Positions 52,236 through 62,449 of a stretch of DNA of 64,000 nucleotides are shown piece after piece (position 1 is the first letter of the stretch; each line of letters opens with the position of its first letter). The DNA lies in the NCBI GenBank assembly GCA_963827475.1, contig CAWHAZ010000005.1, positions 960,001 to 1,024,000 on the forward strand, written 5' to 3'. A program made the position numbers and the translations under genes. The notes beneath the pieces were generated by a model. That model made no database searches, was not told where the DNA came from, and worked only from the letters and a program-made list of their open reading frames with translations. The DNA is from an uncultured Chloroflexia bacterium. Lineage in GTDB: Bacteria; Chloroflexota; Limnocylindria; QHBO01.

Positions 52236-55200
52236 TCACGCTCCGGATGATACCGACGGACCTGTCGGCTCGGGCCTCCGCTCCACGCTGAGCGCGCCGG
52301 TCACCTCCCGACGCAGCACCGCCTCGATCGCCTCATCCCAGCCGGTCGCCTGCGGCAGGCGAACCTGGCGGGTCGCGCCGGCCACGGGCACGGCCAGGAC
52401 CACGGGCAGGGCTCCGGGGCGCTGCTTGACGATGGACGTCACCGACTCGATCGCGTCGAGCAGGCTGTCGGCCGTCAGGTCCGCCCCGAACGAGATCCAC
52501 AGCGAGCCCGCCGCGCCCTCGGCGACGGCGGGGATGGGGCGGGCGTCCGCCGGCGGCGGCGCCTCGTCCGCGTCCACTTCGGACAGGGCGGCATCGCCCG
52601 GCGCGGCCGGCGCAGCCGACGGCTCGACCCCGCGGGGACGCACGAGCGGGACCACGGCGCTCGCCCGACGCCGCGGCAGTAGGCTGGGGCGGCGGCGGGC
52701 CGCCCTGAGCGGCACCGAACGGGCGTGGGCCGCCGCGGCCGCGGGTCAGGCGGTCTCGTTCGGCCGCGTACGCGGCCGGCCCGAGCCGCGCCGCGTCGTC
52801 CCAGGCGTGCACGACGTCGCACAGGAGCTTGGCCTCCTCGTCGCGGTGATCGACGCGGCCGCTGACCAGGACCACGGCATCCTCGGCCCACGCGTTGGCG
52901 GTGTCGGCGAAGACCTTGGGGAAGACGACCACCTCCACGCTGCCCTGGAGGTCCTCCAGCTGAACGACGAGCATCGTCGACCCGGCGCGGGTGACCACGC
53001 GGCGGGCGCTCTGGATGATCCCGCCCAGGGTGACCCGCGACTGGTCCGACTCCTCCGCCAGCTCCCCGGTGTAGGCGGTCACGTACTCGGGCAGCTGGTC
53101 GGCGATGTCGCCCAGGGGGTGCTCGGTCAGGTACAGGCCCAGCAGCTCCTTCTCCCAGCGCAGCCGCTCGCGACGGGAGATCTCGCCACGGGCGCCATCG
53201 GTCTGCAGCGTGCCGGCCGGGGCCGTTCCGGCCCCGTCGGCCGCCATCGGTACCGCGAACAGGTCGAACAGGGTGGACTGGCCGGCAGCGACGTCGCGGT
53301 GATGCCGGGCCGCGGCGTCGAGCGCGGAGTCCAGCCGGTCGAGCAGCGAGGTCATCGGTCCGAGCGACGTCAGGGCGTTCACCTTGATCAGCGACTCGAA
53401 CACGCGCTTGTTGACCCGCTGCGGGTCCACGCGTCGGCACAGGTCGTCGAGCGAGGTGAAGGGGCCGCCGTCCTCCGCCGCCTCCCGCGCGGCGACGATG
53501 CTCTCCACCGCGCCCTCGCCGACGTTCTTCACCGCCGCCAGGCCGAAGCGGATGGCGCGCGTGTCGTCGGCATCGGTCTCCACCGCGAACAGGGCGTGGG
53601 AGGACTGGACGTCCGGCGGGCGGACCTCGATCCCCAGCCGCCGGCACTCGGCGACGACGGCGGCCACCTTCTCCGCGCGCTCCCGGAAGCCGTTGAGGAC
53701 CGCGGTCATGAACTCCACCGGGTAGTTCGCCTTGAGGTACGCCGTCTGGTAGGCGATCAGCCCGTAGCAGGTGGCGTGGGCCTTGTTGAAGCCGTAGCGG
53801 GCGAACGGCTCGAAGGCGGCAAAGACCTGGTCCACGACGCCGGGCGGGATGCCCTTCTTCTTCGCCCCGGCCTTGAACTTCGCCTCGTGCTCGCGGAGGA
53901 CCTGGGCGTTCTTCTTCCGGATCGCGTAGCACAGGTTGTCGGCCTCGGGGCCGGTGTAGTCGGCCATCGCGATGGCCGCGGTCATGATGTCCTCCTGGTA
54001 CACGAAGATCCCGTACGTCTCGCGCAGGGCGGGCTCCAGGGCGGGGTGCAGGTAGGTGACCGGCTCCTCGCCGTGCTTGCGGCGGATGTAGGCCGGGATG
54101 TTGGCCATCGGTCCGGGGCGGAAGAGGGCGACCATGGCCGCCAGGTCGCGGAGCTCGGTCGGGCGCAGGTCCTTCACGTAGCGGCGCATCCCCGACCCCT
54201 CGAGCTGGAAGATGCCGGTCGTCTCCCCGGTCGACAGCAGCTCGAAGGTCTTCGCGTCGTCCAGCGGCAGGTGGTCGACGTCGATCTCCACGCCCCGGTG
54301 GCGGCGGATGAGGTCGACCGCGTCGGCGAGGATGGTGAGGTTGATGAGCCCGAGGAAGTCGAACTTCAGCAGGCCGAGCTGCTCGCAGGCGTGCATCTCG
54401 AACTGGGTCATCGTCGTCTCGCCATCGGTCGCGCGCTGGAGGGGCATGATCTCGGTCAGCGGCTCGCGGCTGATGACGATCCCCGCGGCGTGGGTCGACG
54501 CGTGGCGGGCGATCCCTTCCAGCTGGCGCGCGGTCCCGATCAGCTTTTCCACGCGCTCGTCGGCGGCCATCTGCTCACGGAGCTGCGGTGACGTCTCGAT
54601 CGCCCGCTCGAGGCTGATGTTCAGCTCGTTGGGCACGGCCTTGGCCACCCGGTCCGCCTCGGCATAGGTCAGGCCCATCGCCCGGCCCGTGTCCCGGATG
54701 GCGGCCTTCGCGCCCAGCGTCCCGAAGGTGATGATCTGCGCCACCCGGTCCGCGCCGTATTTGCGGGTGACGTAGTCGATGACCTCGTTCCGCCGGCTGT
54801 CCTGGAAGTCGATGTCGATGTCCGGCAGCGTCACCCGGTCCGGGTTGAGGAACCGCTCGAACGGCAGCCCGTAGGCCAGCGGGTCGACGGGCGTGATCCC
54901 GAGGGAGTAGGTCACGATGCTCCCCGGCGCCGATCCCCGGCAGGTGGTCATGATCCCCTGCTCGCGGGCGAAGCGGGTGAAGTCGGCCACGATCAGGAAG
55001 TAGGCCGAGTACCCCATCCGGTCGATGATTCCCAGCTCGTACTCGAGCCGGTCGCGGATCGCCGGAGTGACGTCGCCGTACCGATCCGCCAGCCCGCGCT
55101 CACACTCGCGGCGGAGCCAGCTGGCGGCCGTGTCGCCCTCCGGTACCGGGAAGTCCGGCAGGCGAAGGCGGTCGAACTCGAGCTTGAGGTCGACCATCTC

Positions 55201-56038
55201 GGCCACCCGCAGGGTGTTGTCGAACGCCTCCGGCAGCTCCCCGTTGAACAGGCGCCGCATCTCGTCCGCCGGCTTGATCGCGAACTCGGTGGTGTCGAAG
55301 CGGAGGCGGTTCGGCGTCTGCAGGTTGGAGCCGGTCTGGATGCAGAGGAGCAGGTCGTGGGCCTCGGCCTGCTCTGGCCGGGTGTAGTGCGTGTCGTTGG
55401 TCGCCAGCAGCGGCAGGTCCAGGTCGCGGGCCAGGTCCACGAGCTTGGGGTGGAGCATCCGCTGCTCGGTCAGTCCGTGATCCTGGACCTCCACGAAGAA
55501 GTTCCCCGCGCCGAGGATGGACCGATAGTCGTCCGCCGCCTGGCGGGCGCCCTTTTCATCCCCCTCGCGCCAGCTTCTTCAGCACCTCTCCGCCGAGGCA
55601 GGCGGAGGTCCCGATCAGCCCCTCGGCGTGCTGGGCCAGCAGCTCCTTGTCGATCCGCGGCTTGTAGTAGTAACCGTCGAGATGCGCCTTCGTCACCAGG
55701 GCCAGCAGGTTGCGGTAGCCGGTCGCGTTGCGGGCCAGCAGGATGAGGTGACTCGGGTTGGCGTCCAGCCGCGGGTCGCGCTCGGTGTGGCCCCGCGGGG
55801 CGACATAGGTCTCGACCCCGATGATGGGCTTGACCCCGGCATTCATGGCCGCCCGGTAGAAGGCGACCGCCCCGTACAGCGCCCCGTGGTCGGTGAGCCC
55901 GACCGCCGGCATGCCCAGCTCCGCGACCCGGGCCGTGAGCTCCGACAGCCGGGACATCCCGTCCAGCAGGCTGAACTCCGAGTGGACGTGGAGGTGGACG
56001 AACGAGTCGGAGGCCGGATTTTCGGGTCGCAGGGTCAC
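52236..56038 (-). CDS. dnaE: DNA polymerase III alpha subunit (frameshifts near 55560 and 52700)
   Basis: HLHVHSEFSLLDG PHP domain, RGSAPGS, PDIDIDF, KFDFLGL, YGFNKAH, OB fold. Confidence 0.96.
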
Positions 56039-56103
56039 CAGCCGATGGTAGTCGCCGGGTCAGGTCACCGCCGGGTCTGCTGACCAACACCGTGGAGCCC
56101 GAC

Positions 56104-56137
56104 TTGACAGGATGTCCATACAACCGTATGGTTGTAT
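56104..56137 (+). promoter_or_regulatory. Sigma70 promoter (TTGACA-17-TATGGT) with overlapping ArsR-type operator
   Basis: TTGACA at 56104-56109, TATGGT at 56127-56132, perfect inverted repeat ATACAACC-gtat-GGTTGTAT at 56118-56137. Confidence 0.85.
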
Positions 56138-56139
56138 CA

Positions 56140-56481
56140 ATGCAGATCGTTCCTCCCGACTTCGACCGCATGTTCGGCGCCCTGGGCGATGCCACGCGCC
56201 GGGACATCGTCCGTCGCGCGATCGACGGTGAGGAGGGCGTCGCCGAGCTGGCGGTCCACTACCCCATGAGCTTCGCCGCCGTGCAGAAGCACGTCGCGAT
56301 CCTCGAGCGGGCCGGGCTCGTCACCAAGGAACGCATCGGACGACGCAAGGTCGTCCGCACCAACCTCGAGGGGCTGCTCCAGGCCCGTCGCCTGCTGGAC
56401 CGATACGAGGAGCTGTGGCTCGGGCGGATCGACCGCATGACCGAGCTCGTCACCGAGAACCCGAAGGAGACCGACCGATGA
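56140..56481 (+). CDS. ArsR/SmtB family regulator
   Basis: FGALGDATRRDI, MSFAAVQKHVAILERAGLV...GR. Confidence 0.9.
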   Translation: MQIVPPDFDRMFGALGDATRRDIVRRAIDGEEGVAELAVHYPMSFAAVQKHVAILERAGLVTKERIGRRKVVRTNLEGLLQARRLLDRYEELWLGRIDRMTELVTENPKETDR

Positions 56482-56985
56482 CCGTCACCGCCGTCCGCAA
56501 GGACCTCGACGCCCTGACCATGACCCTCGATGCCGAGTTCGACGCCAGCCCGGAGCGGGTCTGGCAGCTGTGGGCCGATCCACGCCAGCTCGAGCGCTGG
56601 TGGGGCCCGCCCAACTACCCCGCCACCTTCACGACCCACGACCTGGCCCCCGGAAGCCACGTCGCGTACCACATGACCACGCCCGAGTGGCGACCAGCCC
56701 AGGGGCTACTGGGACATCGTCGAGGCAGATCCGCCGCATCGGCTCGTCTTGCGCGATGGCTTCGCCAACGACGACGGCATCGCCGAACACGGAGATGCCG
56801 GCGGGCGAGATGCAAGTGACGATCGAGGAGATCGGTGCCGGACGCACCCGGATGTCGATCGAGAGCCGCTTCCCGAGCACCGCGGTGATGGAGCAGCTGC
56901 TTGCCATGGGCAGGAGGAGGGCATGATCGATGCGGTTGGCCAGATCGACGCCATCCTGGCCGAGACCGCGATTCCCCAGGCCTGA
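56478..56985 (+). CDS. SRPBCC/AHSA1 domain protein (several frameshifts)
   Basis: FDASPERVWQLWADP..LERWWGPP, Y.MT.PE, DGFANDDG, MEQLLAMG.EEG across frames. Confidence 0.8.
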
Positions 56986-57011
56986 CCCGGGGACCGAGAA
57001 GGAGTGCACGG

Positions 57012-57898
57012 ATGACCGCGACGACGACCGAACCGACGACCCACAGCCTGGACGTGTCCCGGGCGCCACCCTGACCTACGACATCCGGCGCAACGACACC
57101 AGCGCGGAGCCGATCCTGTTCCTGATCGGTTCACCGATGGGCGCCGCCGGCTTCGGCAGCCTGTTGAAGCATTTCCCCGACCGCACGATCGTGACCTACG
57201 ACCCGCGCGGATCGGAGCGCAGCCCGAAGGACGACCCGACCACCGCGTCGACGCCCGACCAGCATGCCGAGGACCTGCATCGGATCATCCAGGAACTGGG
57301 CGGCGGGCCGGTGGACCTCTTCGCCAGCAGCGGGGGCGCCACGAACGCCCTCGCGCTGGTCGCCGCCCATCCGGGCGACGTCGGAACCCTGGTCGCACAC
57401 GAGCCGCCTGTGGCGACGGTCCTTCCCGACCGCGAAAACGCCCTCGCCGCGGCCCGCGCGATCCACGAGACGTACATGGCGAAGGGATGGGGTGCCGCGA
57501 TGGCGCATTTCATCGCGGTCGTCAGCCACGAGGGTCCGTTCCCCGACGACTACGCCGCGCAGCCTGCTCCGGATCCGGCGATGTTCGGGATGCCGACCGA
57601 GGATGACGGCACCCGGACCGACGTCCTGTTCGCCCAGAACATGATCTCCGGCAGCCACTACGAGCTCGATTTCGATGCCCTGCGCGCGGCTTCGACCCGA
57701 GTCGTCCTGGCCGCCGGCGTCGAGTCGGAGCGGGTGATGACCGGCCGCGAGGCGAAGGCCGTGGCGGAGCGGCTCGGGACCGAGCTCGTCGTCTTCCCCA
57801 GCGACCACGCCGGGTTCATGGGTGGCGAGTACGGCCAGACCGGCGACCCGGATGCCTTCGCGGCGAAGCTGCGCGAGGTGTTAGCCACCGCAACCTGA
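57012..57898 (+). CDS. Alpha/beta hydrolase (frameshift near 57057)
   Basis: TYDPRG, FASSGGA, AHEPP, FPSDHAGF; AAGGAG SD before ATG 57012. Confidence 0.85.
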
Positions 57899-57918
57899 CC
57901 GCGCGGTAGGCTCCCGCC

Positions 57919-58995
57919 GTGCATCGGCTGACGAGGGAGCAGGCGCGGCGGGTGGCGTCCGGGCGCAGCTGCTCGACGCCGCGCGCCCGACGGACCTGGT
58001 CTCCATGGTGGACCGCCTGACGCTCCTCCAGCTGGATCCGACCGCGGCGATCGCCCCGAGCGCGGACCTCGTTGCCTGGAGCCGCCTCGGCCCTTCGTAC
58101 CGGCCCGAGTACCTCAAGCAGGCCCACGAGCAGGACCGGACGCTGTTCGAGCTCGACGCGGTCGTGCGCCCGATCCGCGACCTCGGCCTCCACCTGGCGG
58201 GCGCGTCCGAGCGGCCGCACTACGAGCATTCGCGCAACTGGCTGCGCGCCAACGACCGGTTTCGGCGCGACATCCTCAAGCGCCTGGCGTCAGGTCCGTT
58301 GCGGTCGCGCGACATCCCGGACACCTCGGTCGTGCCGTGGCCGTCGACCGGGTGGACGAACGACCGCAACGTCACCCAGATGCTGGAGTTCCTGATGGTG
58401 CGCGGCGAGGTCGCGATCACCGCCCGTGTCGGCCGGGAACGAATCTGGGATCTCCCCGAGCGGGTCTACCCGCCCGATGTCGAGGTGCCGTCGGTGGAGG
58501 AGGCAACGCGTCGCCTGAACGTGCGGCGGCTCGGCGCGCTCGGCATCGCCCGGGCCAGGACGCGCGCGGTCTCGATGGAACCATACGAGGTGGGCGATGC
58601 CGGCGAGCCCGCCGTGGTCGAGGGCGTCAAGGGGGAGTGGCGGGTCGACCCCGCCGCGCTCGGTGACGATTTCGAGGGCCGGACGGCGCTCCTCTCCCCC
58701 TTCGACCGGCTCGTGCACGACCGCGTCCGCGCCCTCGAGCTGTTCGAGTTCGAGTACACGATCGAGATGTACAAGCCCGCGGCCGCGCGGCGCTGGGGCT
58801 ACTACGCCCTGCCCATCCTCCACGGAGACCGGCTGGTCGGGAAGCTCGACGCGGCCGCGGATCGCAAGGCATCGGTCCTGCGCATCAACGCGATCCACGA
58901 GGACGTGCCGTTCACTCGGGGCATGCGGGCGGCCGTGGAGGCCGAGATCGACGAGCCTGGCCGCATGGCTCGGGCTCGCCGTCGAGGTGCCCTGA
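57919..58995 (+). CDS. YcaQ/AlkZ (HTH_42) crosslink-repair DNA glycosylase family protein (frameshifts near both ends)
   Basis: LQLD (QxD), WSRLG, WDLPERV, LLSPFD, RRWGYY.LPILHGDRLVG. Confidence 0.85.
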
Positions 58996-58998
58996 GGA

Positions 58999-59514
58999 CT
59001 ACTCCTCGCGCCAGAGGTCGATCTGCGGGAGGCCGTGGATGCCGAGGGTCTGCGACAGCTCCCCGCAGTGATAGGCATCGTGGCTGAACATCCGCTGGAG
59101 GACCGATGTCCGCGTGTGCGTCGACACCACGCCGCCGTACTCGCGCGTGAACGCCTCGGCGAGCATGTCCGGGGTCCATCGGTCCAGGCAGCCCTCGACG
59201 ATGCGCCACGTCGACTCCAGGGCGGTCACGAGCTCGTCCGCCGAGCGCGGGACGCTCTCGTCATCCTCCCATCCCGGGCCCGTGCGGGATCCGGAAAGGG
59301 CGTGGTCTCCGCGCCGGGCTCGCCGAACACGCCGCAGAGCCAGTAGACCCGCATGCCCGCGGTGTGGCCCACCGTCGCCCAGATCGGCGGACGGTCGGGT
59401 GCGGGGCGGATCGCGAGCTGCTCCGGCGTCATCGGGCGCACGACCTCCACCAGGCGCCGGTTGTACTGCGGCCAGTGGTCGTAGGACGAGCCGGATCGAG
59501 CCAGGCGCGGTCAC
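58999..59514 (-). CDS. DinB family protein (frameshifts near 59490 and 59290)
   Basis: WPQYNRRL, IWA.VGH, HDAYHCGELSQTLG..GLPQIDLW. Confidence 0.82.
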   Translation of the reverse strand: MTAPGSIRLVLRPLAAVQPAPGGGRAPDDAGAARDPPRTRPSADLGDGGPHRGHAGLLALRRVRRARRGDHALSGSRTGPGWEDDESVPRSADELVTALESTWRIVEGCLDRWTPDMLAEAFTREYGGVVSTHTRTSVLQRMFSHDAYHCGELSQTLGIHGLPQIDLWREE

Positions 59515-59661
59515 GACCCGATGGTAGCGACCTCGGTGGGGTCCTGGTACTCGCCGGCCGTCGCGCGCACCGCGGCGTCGAGGGGCTCGCACGCGGGCAT
59601 GACCCGATGGTCCCTATGGGTCATGGCCCCGGGATGGCCCCGTCCGTAGCCTCACCGCAGC

Positions 59662-62418
59662 ATGACCGCGCGACCGGGGGTGTTGCGACCCGATCGGGCG
59701 ACGGCTGCCCCTGTCCAGGAGGCAGCCGGCGCCCTTGAGCTGCCGCGCCTGGACCGGCTGAACCGCCGCGCGGTGTTGGGCCTCGGCATCGTCATCCTGT
59801 TCGCCGCCGCGGGTGCGATGGGCGCAGCGAGCGCGATCTCGTGGTGGAACCAGGCGGGCATGACCATCGCCGCCGGCCTGATGATGCTCATCGTCGTCGA
59901 GGGCCGGCGCGCCGCATCCGCCGACGACCTGCCGTTCCGCCGCGTGGTCGTCGTGGGCGGGAGCCTGTGGTTCCTGATCCAGCTCCTCGTCTTCTTCGAG
60001 CAGGTCACCGGGACCGAGTTCGGCCCGATCATCGAGTACCCGCTGGTCATCATCTTCGCCGGGGCCTGCGCCATGCTGTGGCGCGCCGCGGTCCGGGGCC
60101 GGCTGTCCGGGATCGAGGCATCGGCGGTGTACCTCGACTCGTCCATCGTCTTCGCCGCGGTCGCCGCCGGGGGTCTGCTCGCCCTCGGCGGATCGGTGCT
60201 CGACGGCGCGCAGACCGTCTACGCCCTGCTGTTCGCGGCCCTGTTCTTCGGCATGATCGGCGCGACGGCCGTCCTCAACCTGGCCCTCGCCCCGGTGCGC
60301 AGCGCCGGTGGGTGGGTGGCCGCCGTCGTCGGCCTGTTCATCGCGGGCATCGGCCTGTCCGCGTGGCTCAGCGACCCAGCCGCACCCGGCTGGAGCGCCG
60401 GCCTGGCCGCCGCCTCGGTCGGGGCCATCGTGACCGGCTATGGCGGGGCCACCTGGACCCGCGCCCCGGACCCGAGCGAGTCGTACCGCCGGAGCGCCAA
60501 CCAGGTTCGCGAGGCGCTGCCACTCCTGGCCGCCGCCCTGTCCCCGCTGCTGTGGGTCCTGGGCGAGATCCTTCGCGACCAGATCCAGCGCGAGGTGAGC
60601 GCCGCCGTGGCGGGGTCCGTGGCGGCGGTGCTCATCCTGTGCGTGCTGCGCCAGACGATCCTCCTCCGGGAGCGGGACCGGGTCGTCGGCCTCGCGACAT
60701 CCGCCGCCAACCGCGAGCGGGTCCTCCATGGCGAGCTGGAGTCCAGCGAGCGGCGGTTCCGGACCCTGGTCACGAACTCCACCGACGTGGTCCTGATCGT
60801 CGGCCGCGACGGCCGGATCGCGTACCAGAGCCCGTCCGTCGAGCGGGTGCTCGGCCACAGTCCGACCAGTCGTCTCGGCCACCCGGTCGGCGTGCTCGCC
60901 CATCCGCACGACGCGGAGTACTTCCGCACCTCGCTCTCCGAGCTCGGCGCCCAGCCGGGGGCCGAACGGACGCTCGAGCTGCGGACGCGACATGCCGACG
61001 GGTCGTGGCGAATCCTGGAGGCCACCGCCAAGAACCTGCTCGACGACCCGGCGGTGGCGGGCATCGTGATCAACTGCCGTGACGTCACCGAGCGGCGGGC
61101 ACTCGAGGAGCAGCTCAAGCACGAAGCCCTGCACGACCCCCTGACCACGCTGGCCAACCGCGCCCTGTTCGTGGACCGCGTGGGCCACGCCCTCTCGCGG
61201 CGTGACAAGCCGGATGCCACGGGCGTCCTGTTCATGGACCTCGACGACTTCAAGACGATCAACGACTCCCTGGGCCACGCGGCCGGCGATGAGCTGCTGC
61301 AGGCCGTCGCCCAGCGCCTGCGCGGCAACCTCCGGCTGGAGGACACCGTCGCGCGGCTGGGCGGCGACGAGTTCGCGGTCCTGGTCGAGGACGCGGACAT
61401 CGAGATGGTCGAGCACGTCGGCAGTCGCCTGTTGGGCGCCCTGCGGGCCCCGTTCGAGATCGCCGGCAAGCAGGTCCACATCGGCGCCAGCGCGGGCGCG
61501 GCCATGAGCAGCGCCGACAACCGCGAGGCGGAGGTCCTCCTCCGCAACGCCGACGTGGCGATGTACACCGCCAAGTCCCGCGGGAAGGGCCGGCTCGAGG
61601 TGTTCGAGGCCAGCATGCACGCCGCGGCGGTCACCCGCCTCGAGCTCAAGGCGGACCTCGAGCGCGCCCTCGAGCGGGGCGAGATGCGCGTCCGCTACCA
61701 GCCCATCTTCCGCCTGTCGGACGGCGCGCTCGACGGCTTCGAGACGCTCGTCCGCTGGCGCCACCCGGATCGCGGCGAGGTGGGTCCCGGCGATTTCGTG
61801 CCCCTCGCGGAGGAGACGGGCCTGATCGTGCCCATCGGTCGCTGGGTGCTGGCCCAGGCGTGTCGCCAGGCGCAGGCATGGCGCATGGCCGGCAGCAACG
61901 GGATCAAGGTCAGCGTGAACCTCGCCGCCCGCCAGCTCCGCGACCCGGAGGTGGTGTTGATGGTCCAGGACGTGCTCGCGGAGACCGGCCTCGAGCCGGA
62001 CGTCCTGACCCTGGAGCTGACCGAGTCGAGCATCATGCAGGACGACGAAGGGCGCCTCCAGGAGCTGCGCGGCCTCGGCATCCACCTCGGCCTGGACGAC
62101 TTCGGCACCGGCTACTCGTCGTTGAGCTACCTCTCGAAGTTCCCGATCGAGACGCTGAAGATCGACCGGTCGTTCACCTCCCGTCTCGGCGGACCGGACG
62201 AGGAGACCGCGCTCGTGCGCTCGGTCATCCAGCTCGCCACCTCGATGGGGATGGAGACGGTGGGCGAGGGCATCGAGCGGCCCGAGCAGCTGGAGCGCCT
62301 CCGCGAGCTGGGATGCACGTACGGGCAGGGCTTCCTGCTCGCGCGACCGATGGACGCCATCCGGGCCACCACCCTGGCCACGACCGGGCAGCTGGACGCC
62401 ACCGCCGCCGAGGCCTGA
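59662..62418 (+). CDS. Membrane PAS-GGDEF-EAL c-di-GMP signalling protein
   Basis: About 9 TM helices, PAS (HPHD, DGSWR, RDVTE), RLGGDEF, ETL.RW, DDFGTGYSSL, QGF. Confidence 0.93.
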   Translation: MTARPGVLRPDRATAAPVQEAAGALELPRLDRLNRRAVLGLGIVILFAAAGAMGAASAISWWNQAGMTIAAGLMMLIVVEGRRAASADDLPFRRVVVVGGSLWFLIQLLVFFEQVTGTEFGPIIEYPLVIIFAGACAMLWRAAVRGRLSGIEASAVYLDSSIVFAAVAAGGLLALGGSVLDGAQTVYALLFAALFFGMIGATAVLNLALAPVRSAGGWVAAVVGLFIAGIGLSAWLSDPAAPGWSAGLAAASVGAIVTGYGGATWTRAPDPSESYRRSANQVREALPLLAAALSPLLWVLGEILRDQIQREVSAAVAGSVAAVLILCVLRQTILLRERDRVVGLATSAANRERVLHGELESSERRFRTLVTNSTDVVLIVGRDGRIAYQSPSVERVLGHSPTSRLGHPVGVLAHPHDAEYFRTSLSELGAQPGAERTLELRTRHADGSWRILEATAKNLLDDPAVAGIVINCRDVTERRALEEQLKHEALHDPLTTLANRALFVDRVGHALSRRDKPDATGVLFMDLDDFKTINDSLGHAAGDELLQAVAQRLRGNLRLEDTVARLGGDEFAVLVEDADIEMVEHVGSRLLGALRAPFEIAGKQVHIGASAGAAMSSADNREAEVLLRNADVAMYTAKSRGKGRLEVFEASMHAAAVTRLELKADLERALERGEMRVRYQPIFRLSDGALDGFETLVRWRHPDRGEVGPGDFVPLAEETGLIVPIGRWVLAQACRQAQAWRMAGSNGIKVSVNLAARQLRDPEVVLMVQDVLAETGLEPDVLTLELTESSIMQDDEGRLQELRGLGIHLGLDDFGTGYSSLSYLSKFPIETLKIDRSFTSRLGGPDEETALVRSVIQLATSMGMETVGEGIERPEQLERLRELGCTYGQGFLLARPMDAIRATTLATTGQLDATAAEA

Positions 62419-62449
62419 TCGGCCCCAGGTCGCCGGGTACCATCCCGGC

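Noticed and set aside
52236-56038. Intein in or natural split of dnaE
   Set aside because: No intein motifs are visible, and the break near 55560 is a single-base shift in a homopolymer run.
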